From assembly GCA_020137815.1 (NCBI GenBank), contig CM035351.1, positions 6,572,001-6,636,000 of the forward strand: a stretch of DNA of 64,000 nt, given 5' to 3'. The position numbers were made by a program, and so were the translations under genes. The notes under the pieces are model-generated. The model was not told the origin of the DNA, searched no databases, and worked only from the letters and a program-made list of their open reading frames with translations. The DNA comes from Hormiphora californensis (taxonomy: Eukaryota > Animalia > Ctenophora). Positions 1-10,636 of the stretch are shown here, in pieces (position 1 is the first letter of the stretch; every line of letters starts with the position of its first letter).

Positions 1-289
1 GGAAGGTGGGGTCCCCAAAGTTCATGACCCTTCCACAGGGTCCCCCAGCTGACGCAAATTCTTGCAACTCTGGTAACACCACCGAAGGATCCTTCCCCGC
101 ACATAGCACAAATCGTAGAGTATCTGATACTTCCGCGGCTAGAGTTTCGTAGGGGTCTGAACCATCCATCCATTGGAGGATGGCTGACCGGAGGTAAAAG
201 TGCAGAAATTCATCGTTAGGGTTATCAGATTCCGTGAACTCCTTCACAAACTTCTCACGGTCGTTAGTGAGATTCTCTTTTGCAGTCAT
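1..289 (-). CDS. N-terminal exon of a UBR1/UBR2 N-recognin E3 ligase, entering the UBR box; runs off the window
   Basis: Manual translation of the minus strand from ATG 289: MTAKENLTNDREKF...LRFVLCAGKDPSVVLPELQEFASAGGPCGRVMNFGDPTF. Resembles recalled UBR2 ...EWYLCGEDP...LCGRVFKVGEPTY. Not in the ORF track because it is truncated. Confidence 0.8.
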   Translation of the reverse strand, partial: MTAKENLTNDREKFVKEFTESDNPNDEFLHFYLRSAILQWMDGSDPYETLAAEVSDTLRFVLCAGKDPSVVLPELQEFASAGGPCGRVMNFGDPTF

Positions 290-697
290 ACCTCCCACAC
301 ATTTTTACAATGATTTCATGCTTCAAAGGGTAATACATAGTTAGGGACAGCTGATTTATGACATTTATGAAACGTGGAAGGGCGTACCATTGAACCAGAA
401 ATGTTTAATTTCAAAATGCTAAGTGGGTGAAACCGGCCACAAGCCCAAGGGGGTTCCAGGGACTGAAACTCCTGGAGAGGTCACCACGCATGATACCCCC
501 TAAGCTACCCCCTTAATCCTTATCCTAGGAGGCTCCTAGGATAAGTTGGCGGGTCCCTAGGGCCCGACTCGCTATCCAAACGACTCTCAAAATCGGTCGA
601 ACCACCTTCAAACCCACAAAGAAGTTGTTCATAGGGTCAGGTCACTCATTGCTGACAGTCAAAACTTGGCAGCGCTTTTCAAGTTAGAAATTAAAAA

Positions 698-815
698 ATA
701 ATAATAATAATAATAATAATAAAGGGTTTTTAGTATACCGCTCAGTCCAGACAGGGCTGGATCATTGACATGAGTCCAACACTGCCCAGATTCAGAGCGG
801 TACACCAAGATTGTT
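698..815 (-). mobile_element. Short retroposon 3'-end fragment (L2/SINE-like stem-loop plus (TTA)n tail); copied at about 2016-2130
   Basis: (AAT)n tract next to a TACCGCTC...GAGCGGTA stem; a similar CCGCTCAG plus (CAT)n tail occurs at about 27720-27755. Confidence 0.4.
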
Positions 816-961
816 AATATCCTGACGGGCGCGATTATAATCTGGGTGCCTTGCAGCGATTTTATTTATTTATTCAATCTAATTTGTATACATTGAATCA
901 CAATCAACATACACGCCCCTTCTTGCGGGCAAAATCGGGCAGGTGAGTAGAACTTCGCTCC

Positions 962-1080
962 TAATAAAAGGCTGCAATAAAAGGCTGCAATAAAAGGCTG
1001 CAGAAAAAGGCTGCAATAAAAGGCTGCAATAAAAGGCTGCAGAAAAAGGCTGCAATAAAAGGCTGCAATAAAAGGCTGCA
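962..1080 (+). repeat. 13-bp tandem repeat (GCTGCAATAAAAG)n in the left TIR; inverted copy at about 4414-4531
   Basis: About 9 units visible in each arm, in opposite orientation. Confidence 0.95.
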
Positions 1081-1626
1081 AGGGATCACGTATCCAACCA
1101 GACTAAAGCGGGGGATAGACCGAATCGTCCTCCCCTAATAGTGTTTCGTATCACGTATCGGCTGTAGTGAGACCGAATCACCCTCCCCTAATTATAGTGA
1201 TTCGTGTCACGTATCCAACTAGACCATAGGCAATAGAGAGAGACCGAGATAGAGAGCGAGTACGAGTGAGAACTGAGAGTGTGAAAAATCAGAATCACGG
1301 TATGGTATCACGTACCATGGTATCCTCTAATGAAAAGCGGTTACCAATTGACAATGAGACCTCATCGGTCCCGATACGTGATTCTCTACCGCTATGTATT
1401 CTCCATTAGTCTTTCCGTATCAATCCACGATTCAGTAGAGGTAGTCAGTAACTACTGGGAGTATTGGTCTAATGAGGTAGGGTAGATCTATTGATTGAAC
1501 GTGTAGCACAATGACAGGTGGACCACCCAACCACTTAGTTCACCTATCGTAGTATTATGTGTGATTTGTGTACATAAAGACTATTGGCGAATAACGGTAG
1601 AAAATCAGTAATCACGTATTGGCACC

Positions 1627-1934
1627 CAGGGGTGTAGGAATAGGGGGGGCGAGGGGGGCGGCCGCCCCCCCCCCCCACTTTTGGCCAGGTTCGCCCCCTC
1701 ACTTTCGTCGCCAACAGTCAACACTCACTCCCAAATGACGAAATCATGACTTTTTTGGCTTTAAACCCTAAAATTTTTCTCGGCTCCGCTGTCGCTCCGC
1801 CCAATGTACAGTAAATGCAATGGAATAGGTGACTAAATCTTGCTCATAAATTTTTTTTCTTGGGCGCTGACCAGCGCTGTAATTGGTCACGTGACTTCGC
1901 CCCCCTCACTTGAAAATTCATTCCTACACCCCTG
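1627..1934. mobile_element. hAT-type MITE inside the Merlin-like element
   Basis: TIR CAGGGGTGTAGGAAT / ATTCCTACACCCCTG; 8-bp TSD TTGGCACC (1619-1626, 1935-1942). Confidence 0.9.
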
Positions 1935-3066
1935 TTGGCACCGATTAGGTCATGTGTCAGGTCACCTTGACAGTCAAAACTTGTCAGGTCGCCTTTTCAA
2001 GTTAGAAATTAAAAAATAATAATAATAATAATAATAAAGGGTTTTTAGTATACCGCTCAGTCCAGACAGGGCTGGATCATTGACATGAGTCCAACACTGC
2101 CCAGATTCAGAGCGGTACACCAAGATTGTTAATATCCTGACTCACAAAAAAAAGAAAAAAAAGAAAAAAAGAGTTGAACTTGAAAAAAATCATGATCAGG
2201 CTTGATACCGCGCGGCCGCGGTGTTTTGAAATTTATTAGCGCATTCCGTTTATTTTTCGGTTCGACCACACGTCTTGCGAGGCGCGGCGATGGCACCCAA
2301 AAAAAAACAAAAGCTTTGAGTTTTCAGTTTGGACTTCGTTTAACGTTTTCAGTTCGGACTTCGTTTGAAAAGCGCTGCCTTATCCCCCGCGGGGACCAGA
2401 AGCGTTTGTCAAGGACTTCGTTGGATACCCGCACACGTATTCCTTTTCTTGTTCAGTTTGGACTTCGTTTTGAAAAGCGCTGCCTTATCCCGCGACCAGC
2501 AGCATTTGCCATTTGCCAAGACTTCGTTTAACGTTTACACTTTACTAATAATAGTAACAGTTTATATCCCTCATGTGGTCATCTGACCGCAAAAAAACCC
2601 GCATATCACCAGTCAACAGAAAGCACAATTTTAAAGTCCGTAAAATTTTATTTTGAAGAATTTGGTTGAGAAACAGTGGAAAGAGAGCAAAAACAAAGTC
2701 CCGACGTACGTTTCTAATAATATCTCTGGTTCCTGATAACTGATCCCAGTAGCTGGTTGCACTGGGAAGTTCTTTCCAGTATCTTTCCGATACAACGGGA
2801 ATAAAGTTTCATCTATCTTATCACTGATAATGGATTCAATAAATAGCCCTTGAATCATGCAGTACAGGTTGGGCGGACCATTTCAAAACCTGGTGTGTTC
2901 TTGGTACAACAAACCGTCACTGTTAACAATTATTATTTTGAATTTTGTATGTATGTATTTCCTTCCAGGCCCTGTTAACACTTGAGACAGAATGATAATA
3001 CATTCCGATCATTTACATAGGATGTCGTTAAGGAGCGGATAACTTGGAATTCCACGACTATCAGTT

Positions 3067-4383
3067 ATGCTACCTAAACGTCCATCTCCAACGTGCTATC
3101 GGTTCCTGGTTCTTAGCAAGAAAACTAAGGCAATCATAGGAGTTAAAGGAAGTCACATAAAGGCAGCTCAACAGCTTTGTTCTAATCGTGGTTGCAAAAT
3201 AACCGTGTTTACAAGGCTTCCTGATGGCACAGAATTTCCTCCAAATGCGTCTGATCGGGTTTTGCAAGTTGATGTGTCATCCTTGGATGATTTGGTTGCA
3301 GTGATAGGCTACTTGACCCCTTTCTTCCAAAAGGTAGCTGAAACTGATGAAAGTCAGTTGAAACATGTGAAAGTTTTAGTTCCAGACTTTGTTTGTTCTT
3401 TGATAATCGGAGAACACGGAGAGAACATTCACCAGATGGAAAAAGATTTCAATTCCAGGGTTCATGTTTTCAATACGTCACTTCCTGGATCAAGCGAAAA
3501 TGTTGTGAAGGTTACAAACTTCGATACTGATCGACTAGCCGCGACCATTGGATGCATCTTCGAGTCAATACTGAGTGAGCGAACCATGTCAAGAGTGACC
3601 TTCTACAACCCCTTAAGTTGGGATCCAAAAGATAACGGTCACACGGGTAGTTACAACGATACCCAGTACAACACGACAAGTGAACATGTAGGATCAGAAG
3701 ATGGGAATTGGATTGAGGTTCGTGCCTTGGAGAACTCCTTGAATGAGGATGAAGTAGAAACGGGTGTAGAACTGAATTCAAGCGAAATTGCAATTATGCC
3801 AAATAGTTCCGAAGAAGAACCTGGACCATCGACTGGAAGTGGAGGTCAGCGAAAGTTTGGTGGGAGGAGAGATCTTCAACCACAAATAAACCCCAAAAAT
3901 ACAAACTTTGGTGAGCCATCGCTTGCAGAAAGAGAAAACTGGAGGAGTAGGGATACTTGTGAGGGATTAGGAGGCATCCGGCTAATGGATGACCAGGGAA
4001 GACGAAGGGGTGGTGGGGGAAGGCCTAGGAGCAATTTCAGAAATATAAGAGGAGGAAGAGGATGCGGTGTTTTCAGGGGTGGGGATAGAGAACATCGGTG
4101 TGTGGATAGAGGCCTTTTCAGAGGTGGTGCGAGATGTGATTACAGAGGAGTGTACAGAGGTGGGGAGGGTTATTATAGAGGTAGTTTTAGAGGAGGAGAG
4201 AGTTGTTACAGAGGAGGGAATATTAAAGTTTTCAGGGGCCACCCTGGTGGAAGGTGGACAGAAGGGCCGAGAGGATGGAATAATGGAAGGGGCAGGAGGG
4301 GCAGGAGAGCCAGGGAGAATCATAACGAGGAGAGAACTCGTCGTGGGAAGGTAAAGCCCCCCCGTGGTTCGTATCTCCGTTAG
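3067..4383 (+). CDS. Transposon-borne hnRNP K-like protein (2 KH domains, acidic linker, F/Y-RGG tail), 438 aa
   Basis: KH motifs AIIGVKGSHIK and SLIIGEHGENI; FYNPLSWD resembles hnRNP K YDPNFYD; RGG repeats; ORF intact, stop codon supplied by the element's right subterminal sequence. Confidence 0.8.
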   Translation: MLPKRPSPTCYRFLVLSKKTKAIIGVKGSHIKAAQQLCSNRGCKITVFTRLPDGTEFPPNASDRVLQVDVSSLDDLVAVIGYLTPFFQKVAETDESQLKHVKVLVPDFVCSLIIGEHGENIHQMEKDFNSRVHVFNTSLPGSSENVVKVTNFDTDRLAATIGCIFESILSERTMSRVTFYNPLSWDPKDNGHTGSYNDTQYNTTSEHVGSEDGNWIEVRALENSLNEDEVETGVELNSSEIAIMPNSSEEEPGPSTGSGGQRKFGGRRDLQPQINPKNTNFGEPSLAERENWRSRDTCEGLGGIRLMDDQGRRRGGGGRPRSNFRNIRGGRGCGVFRGGDREHRCVDRGLFRGGARCDYRGVYRGGEGYYRGSFRGGESCYRGGNIKVFRGHPGGRWTEGPRGWNNGRGRRGRRARENHNEERTRRGKVKPPRGSYLR

Positions 4384-5503
4384 TGCTTTAGTCCAGTTGG
4401 ATATGTGATCCATTGCAGCCTTTTATTGCAGCCTTTTATTGCAGCCTTTTATTGCAGCCTTTTATTGCAGCCTTTTTCTGCAGCCTTTTATTGCAGCCTT
4501 TTTCTGCAGCCTTTTATTGCAGCCTTTTATTAGGAGCGAAGTTCTACTCACCTGCCCAAAATCGGATATTCAATTCAATAAATTCAGACCTCCTGATAGA
4601 AATTAAGGCTATTTAGATAAAGATAGCAGTTATAAAATAGTTGATAATTAAAGTATAAAAGTATAAAAGTATAAAAGTTATTAATTAGATTAAGTTGAGT
4701 AATTGGATAATAAGGATAATATAGTAAGTAGACGATTAAATAATTAAGTGAGAATTAAGTGTAATAAATTAAATAAAAACTGTGGTAAAAAGATTAAAAA
4801 GCATGAGATGGCCGATGCAATGAGGGAATGAGAACAATTAATAAAGCTAACAGCCTCGAGATTAACGGTTAATAGTAAACTAATAAAACTGTGATAATAA
4901 TGATTAGACGGGGGATGGGTGGTGGGAAGGGTGATGAGAGGATAGAACTTAAAGGTGATATCAATAGTAATTAAAGCTAACATTAAAGCATGATATTAAT
5001 CTCGGTAGTTAAATAAAGGATAGGGCTACTGGGTTAGAAGATCATCTCCAAATGCTAGGCTATCATAGACTTCACTGACTAACATTCTAAACTTGTGTTT
5101 GAGGTTTCTATCTCTAGTGAAGATCAAAGGTATGTGAAAATTGGCATTGCAGACCGAAAGGGGTAGACACTGGTCCCTAAGAGCTGTCACTGCACCAGCC
5201 GCCGTACACTGGAATAGTTTATGGTATGGAGAGTCCAACTGCTCACCACATTCCAAGCAGTAGGGTTCTTCATTCGCCTGGCCACGACCCTGGACGGAAA
5301 ATGCAAAGTTCTGGAACCTTAAATTGTGTCCGTGTATGAAATCAAGGATCCTCGTTGAAGTTTCTCTGTTCATTGATCTTGTAACAAGTGGGCAAGCAGC
5401 AACGGCGCCCGTGTCCACATATTTTTCCAAGTCTTCAATCAATCCAGTTGTTTGCCCTCTTATAATGTCTGGAAGGGATGCTCGAACGTAGTCGTCCCAT
5501 ATC

Positions 5504-5776
5504 GGGCGCGATTATAATCTGGGTGCCTTGCAGCGTGTTTACAGGTGCGCGCTACCAAAAGAGTATACTTAGACCAACTTTTTTCAAACGGCTATAGCCA
5601 TGGAACCACTTGGCCGATTTGAGTAAACTAAACGGTATCAGTTAGAGAATCGATAGCCCTAACCGATAACCCCAAACCAAACCCTAACCAGACCCTAACG
5701 GATAGCCCTAACCCGTCGCGCGCGCCAAAACTACGAATTGTTAGCAATGAAAGGCACCCAGATTTTAACGTTTTCC
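5504..5776. mobile_element. Intact 273-bp MULE-like MITE, same family as 827-6310
   Basis: 9-bp TSD TCCCATATC (5495-5503, 5777-5785); imperfect TIRs; internal CCCTAA-rich repeats. Confidence 0.92.
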
Positions 5777-6310
5777 TCCCATATCTTGGAGAAGTATGCA
5801 TCCATATCTTCTTTGGAGTAGTGAAATCTTTCCGAATCATACGTCATGAGGTCGCACTGCCTTAAAAAGGACCGTCTTCCTGTCTCCCTCCCAAGGTCTC
5901 CATCCTGTTCACAATCTGCCCACTCGAGGTACCTCTTGACATTCGTCGTGTGATGGTAGAAGTAGTGACTAGGCTCGGACTCAATTTGGTAGAGTTTAGC
6001 AGTCATCGTGTCCCCTGCTTTTAGTCCTTTAAGGACGAATTTCGTTGCAGCGAGTTTACAGGTGCGCGCTACCAAAAAGAGTACACTTTTATTTCCTAGA
6101 CCGACTTTTTTCAAACGGCTATAGCCACGCAACCACATGACCGATTTGAGTAAACTAAACGGTATCTGATAGAGAATCGATAGCCCTAACCGATAACCCC
6201 AAACAAAACCCTAACCCGACCCTAACAACAGCCCTAACCCGTCTCGACCGCCAAAATCGATGAATTGTTAGCAATGGAAGGCACCCAGTCCCCAGATTTT
6301 AACGTTTTCC

Positions 6311-6770
6311 TATCCTGACTCACAAAAAAAAAGAAAAAAAAAGAAAAAAAGAGTTGAACTTGAAAAAAATCATGAGCAGGCTTGATACCGCGCGGCCGCG
6401 GTGTTTTGAAATTTATTAGCGCATTCCGTTTATTTTTCGGTTCGACCACACGTCTTGCGAGGCGCGGCGATGGCACCCAAAAAAACAAAAGCTTTGAGTT
6501 TTCAGTTTGGACTTCGTTTAACGTTTTCAGTTTGGACTTCGTTTGAAAAGCGCTGCCTTATCCTCCGCGGGGACCAGAAGCGTTTGTCAAGGACTTCGTT
6601 GGATACCCGCACACGTATTCCTTTTCTTGTTCAGTTTGGACTTCGTTTTGAAAAGCGCTGCCTTATCCCGCGACCAGCAGCATTTGCCATTTGCCAAGAC
6701 TTCGTTTAACGTTTACACTTTACTAATAATAGTAACAGTTTATATCCCTCATGTGGTCATCTGACCGCAA
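6311..6770. promoter_or_regulatory. Putative divergent promoter between UBR and the + strand gene cluster; its left part is at about 640-826
   Basis: Lies between head-to-head genes; CGCG-rich; TTGAAAAGCGCTGCC motif on + at about 6543 and 6648 and on - at about 668; the same motif pair recurs at 30150-30465. Confidence 0.5.
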
Positions 6771-7244
6771 AAAAATCCGCATATCACCAGTCAACAGAAA
6801 ACACAATTTTAAAGTCCGTAAAATTTTATTTTGAAGAATTTGGTTGAGAAACAGTGGAAAGAGAGCAAAAACAAAGTCCCGACGTACGTTTCTAATAATA
6901 TCTTTGGTTCCTGATAACTGATCCCAGTAGCTGGTTGCACTGGGAAGTTCTTTCCAGTATCTTTCCGATACAACGGGAATAAAGTTTCATCTATCTTATC
7001 ACTGATAATGGATTCAATAAATAGCCCTTGAATCATGCAGTACAGGTTGGGCGGACCATTTCAAAACCTGGTGTGTTCTTGGTACAACAAACCGTCACTG
7101 TTAACAATTATTATTTTGAATTTTGTATGTATGTATTTCCTTCCAGGCCCTGTTAACACTTGAGACAGAATGATAATACATTCCGATCATTTACATAGGA
7201 TGTCGTTAAGGAGCAGATAACTTGGAATTCCACGACTATCAGTT

Positions 7245-8630
7245 ATGCTACCTAAACGTCCATCTCCAACGTGCTATCGGTTCCTGGTTCTTAGCAAGAA
7301 AACTAAGGCAATCATAGGAGTTAAAGGAAGTCATATAAAGGCAGCTCAACAGCTTTGTTCTAATCGTGGTTGCAAAATAACCGTGTTTACAAGGCTTCCT
7401 GATGGTACAGAGTTTCCTCCAAATGCGTCTGATCGGGTTTTGCAAGTTGATGTGTCATCCTTGGATGATTTGGTTGCAGTGATAGGCTACTTGATGCCGT
7501 TCTTCCAAAAATCGGCTGAAACTGATGAAAGTCAGTTGAAACATGTGAAAGTTTTAGTTCCGGACTTTGTTTGTTCTTTGATAATCGGAGAACGCGGAGA
7601 GAACATTCACCAGATGGAAAACGATTTCAATTCCAGGGTTCATGTTTTTAATACTTCACTTCCTGGATCAAGCGAAAATATCGTGAAGGTTACAAACTTC
7701 GATGCTAATCAGCTTACTGCAACAATAAGGAACATCTTCGAGTCAATACTGAGTGAGCGAACCATTTCAAATGTAGCCTTCTACAACCCCTTAAGATGGG
7801 ATCCGAAAACCTACGGTCACACGGGCAGTTACAACGATACCCAGTTCCAGAATATCACGGAACAGGAAGAATCGGAAGAAGAGGATTCGACTGAGGAAGA
7901 TTGCGAATCTCTGAATTCTTTGAATGATGATGTTGTTGATGATGAAGCAACAGATGGCGAACAGGAATCAAGTGAAGTTGGGGATGTACTAGATAATCCT
8001 GAAGAGCCTGATGATGAAGTGGTAGAAACGGATGATGAAGAGGAACAAAACAAAATCGCAGAGATATCTGAAAGTTCTGAAGAGCCCGGACCATCAACTG
8101 CACGTGGGGGTCTACGGACATTTGGTGGAAGGAGAGACCAACCACTGCACCCTGAAAATGTAGATGGATCTAGGCTGGCGGAAAGAGAAAGGGGCAACTC
8201 GAAACGCAGGGGTGGTAGAAGAGGAGGGAGAGGACGACCAAGAAGTGGAATCAGGGGAGAACCGAGGGGAGGAACTAGAGGGGAGCCGGTAGGACCATCG
8301 ATGGGAGGATCGATTGGAGCACTGATTGGGGGACCGAGAGGAGGAACTAGAGGAGCCCCGAGGGGAGGACACAGGCGAGGACACAGGGGTGGAGCTAGAG
8401 GAGGGCCAGGAGGACCACCAAGAGAGGAATCAAGTGGAGCACCACAAGAACCACCAAGCAGAGGAATTAGAGGAGGGACTAGCGGCGCACGGAGGGGACG
8501 GAGTAATAGAGGAGGACGCGGTTTGGTGAACCAAGGTGTGGAGAGAACTCGTCGGGATAGCGGTCGTAGAAGGGATGATATTGATAGAGAGAGGGGAAGT
8601 GTGGTACTTGGTTCACCCCCAAACATTTAA
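7245..8630 (+). CDS. hnRNP K-like KH-KH-acidic-RGG protein, chromosomal copy, 461 aa, intronless CDS
   Basis: Same two KH domains (GVKG, GERG loops), long D/E tract and G/P/R-rich RGG tail; lacks a third KH domain. Confidence 0.85.
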   Translation: MLPKRPSPTCYRFLVLSKKTKAIIGVKGSHIKAAQQLCSNRGCKITVFTRLPDGTEFPPNASDRVLQVDVSSLDDLVAVIGYLMPFFQKSAETDESQLKHVKVLVPDFVCSLIIGERGENIHQMENDFNSRVHVFNTSLPGSSENIVKVTNFDANQLTATIRNIFESILSERTISNVAFYNPLRWDPKTYGHTGSYNDTQFQNITEQEESEEEDSTEEDCESLNSLNDDVVDDEATDGEQESSEVGDVLDNPEEPDDEVVETDDEEEQNKIAEISESSEEPGPSTARGGLRTFGGRRDQPLHPENVDGSRLAERERGNSKRRGGRRGGRGRPRSGIRGEPRGGTRGEPVGPSMGGSIGALIGGPRGGTRGAPRGGHRRGHRGGARGGPGGPPREESSGAPQEPPSRGIRGGTSGARRGRSNRGGRGLVNQGVERTRRDSGRRRDDIDRERGSVVLGSPPNI

Positions 8631-8900
8631 TACATACTTTTCATTTAGTTATGCATCAATTGATTCTCACTGAGCATTTTTGTAAGCCGTTCTTTTTTTT
8701 GTCTTCTGTTTTTACGTGCAGTTTTTCTGTTTTTGTGTATGTTTTTGTGTATAAATTTCATATAATTTTATTCTTGCGTTTTATGAGAATGTGTCTTTAG
8801 CAAGCTTGTTTCATTTAGAACCTCCTACATGTATGTATATTACACTCCTAATTCCCAAATTAATCAGCCCTAATTGTTGTAATAGTGAGTGTGGAATGCT

Positions 8901-10451
8901 ATGAGTTACGCATTGCTATCCTACGAGGATGGCCCAACCCAACTGAACACCCTTTACACGGACAGTGATGCACCTACTTTGGATGCCGTCAAGAGCTACC
9001 TCTGTACCATTCTAGCTAAATCACCCACCCTCACCTCTTCTCACATTCAGGTTCGCCATTCCAGAATGCAAAAAAAATGGAATTAATTTTAAAGTATATG
9101 TTTCATTATTTATTTCCCCCTTAACCCCTCCACAGACAATAACAAACAGTGGAATCTCTGCGACGGTCTACTACCGGGGACTAGATGATAACCAAGTGGT
9201 GTGCTACATAGTTTCAGAACATGTCGCCCTCTCTCCCTTCTACCACGAGCTGGACAAGTACACTGATACCCTGGTGTCTTCCCATATGGAAGACCCCAAA
9301 CCTTACCTGGGAAAATGGTAGGTTTTAGAGAATGGCGTTGTTGGTTCGTTGAATCTTCTTTATCTCTATCGCTTGCATTTATGCCCGTTTTATATATCTC
9401 GTGCGTGATGAGAGGGGGTAATGGATTAGTGTGTACTGTGTAGGAGAATTGATATTTGGTGTTGGAGTTGTTTGTCATTCCTAAATGTGCCAGAGAAATT
9501 TGAGACCCTCCCTTAACATTCTTTCTCTAGGTATTACGTGTGTATAGAGTACGTCTTGCGTGTGATTGACTACTTTCGCAACGACCTGCCCTCACTACTT
9601 TTCATTGCTCTATCTCGCAACAATATTACCACAACATCACCAGATCATGAGGGTTCACAGATCGTGAGAGATACCCAACTGTTCATATCTGCGTGTAGTC
9701 TCAAGGTAACTCCAGGCCCCTGGGCGTGTACTGTGTGTACTGTGTGTACTGTGTGTGTGAGTCTGACAAGTCATTGGTCAACGTTTGTACATTGTTTGTG
9801 TGTCCAACCGGTCCAATCAACCAACTATTCCTAAATTTAACACACTCCAGGAGTTGATGTACAATACAAGTGTAGTATTTGAAGACACGGAAGAATCCCC
9901 CATGATAGATTTCACCTCTAAAGCGGTTCACTATGAAAGCAGTACTTTCTGTGTTGAGTGGGCCCGGCAGATAGAGTCGGATGGGAACCCATTCTCAGTT
10001 AGACAGGCTCTAGAAGATAGGAAGATTACCGCTAATGAGGATATGAATACCTTTAGGAGGTTACTACACCAGGCAGAGACTGATCACTATGCTTTCTATA
10101 GGGTATGTCAATGTTCCTTAGATCTGAATTGTCTTGTGTGAGTTTGCAATCAGCCTGACAGGACAAGAAATGTGTCTCGGTCTCCCCATGCATGGAGGTC
10201 ACCAAAACACTGAATTGTCTCCCAAATTTCTAAATAAACTTCTCCCCTATATTTTATTAATAAAAACCACAATTCCCCAGGGGTACGAGTTTGTGAAGAT
10301 GCACAGTAACGGTAAAGTTCTATACGAGATGCTGAGTCACGAGAGTACAGTGTATAGCCTGGACAAGTTAGGAGGGCTGCTGGATGTTCTACAGAACTTT
10401 AGGATTTACAAAGAATCCCATCCTTACAATCTCACCAGCCCTGAACGATGA
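8901..10451 (+). CDS. C17orf75: Protein Njmu-R1 (C17orf75) homolog, about 5 exons
   Basis: FCVEWARQ..NPFSVRQALEDRKITANEDMNTFRRLLHQAETDHYAFYR|GYEFVK matches recalled Njmu-R1 FCEEW..NPFLFRQVLENFKLKAIQDTNNLKRFIRQAEMNHYALFKCYMFLK; GT-AG introns. Confidence 0.8.
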
Positions 10452-10636
10452 TAACTTATTTATTTTTCTATACCATTCTGCAATGTTGAATACATGTAAT
10501 ATTTTATGTCTGTGTGTGGGTGTGTTCTTATGTATTTTGTGTCTATTTTAGAAACTCTCTACACGAGTCTTCTTTTCCGCCTGCTAGTTAGGATGAAATT
10601 GTTTGGAAGCATTTAATATAACCCGCTTCATTCAGG

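Larger units (their letters stand above)
938..4556. mobile_element. Non-autonomous Merlin-like DNA transposon carrying host cargo (Pack-type)
   Basis: 8-bp TSD CAAAATCG (930-937, 4557-4564). About 170-bp TIRs starting GGCAGGTGAGTAGAACTTCGCTCC and containing 13-bp tandem repeats. No transposase ORF. Superfamily inferred from GG ends plus 8-bp TSD. Confidence 0.8.
860..6044 (-). mobile_element. 5'-truncated non-LTR retrotransposon (ORF2 C-terminus with CCHC finger, AT-rich 3' UTR, (TAAA)n tail)
   Basis: TSD TTGCAGCGA at 851-859 and 6045-6053. ORFs 5731-6138 and 5026-5442 join in frame (SKIW-DDYVRA...LIEDLEK) once the 5504-5776 MITE is removed. Contains CLECGEQLDSPYHKLFQC. Related to the fragment at 40011. 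Confidence 0.8.
827..6310. mobile_element. Mutator (MULE)-like MITE, about 290 bp of its own sequence, expanded to 5.5 kb by nested insertions
   Basis: 9-bp TSD TATCCTGAC at 818-826 and 6311-6319. Ends GGGCGCGATTATAATCTGGGTGCC / GGCACCCAG..ATTTTAACGTTTTCC match the intact family member at 5504-5776. The empty site is visible at 2133-2141. Confidence 0.88.

Noticed and set aside
962-1080. CRISPR-like arrays (13-bp repeat here, 36-bp at 35228-35690, about 60-bp at 47905-48195)
   Set aside because: Head-to-tail repeats without unique spacers, no cas genes, eukaryotic context.
5655-5715. CCCTAA telomere-like repeats (also about 6183-6240, 28055-28100, 29858-29902)
   Set aside because: Degenerate and always internal to the MULE-like family; not a telomere.
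827-6310. Reading the whole 5.5 kb as a single Pack-MULE that captured the KH gene
   Set aside because: Internal TSDs show the MULE-like MITE was split by a LINE and the KH cargo lies within a separate 8-bp-TSD element.
7829-8626. 265-aa antisense ORF over the RGG tail (and 3982-4413)
   Set aside because: Shadow of G-rich low-complexity coding sequence.
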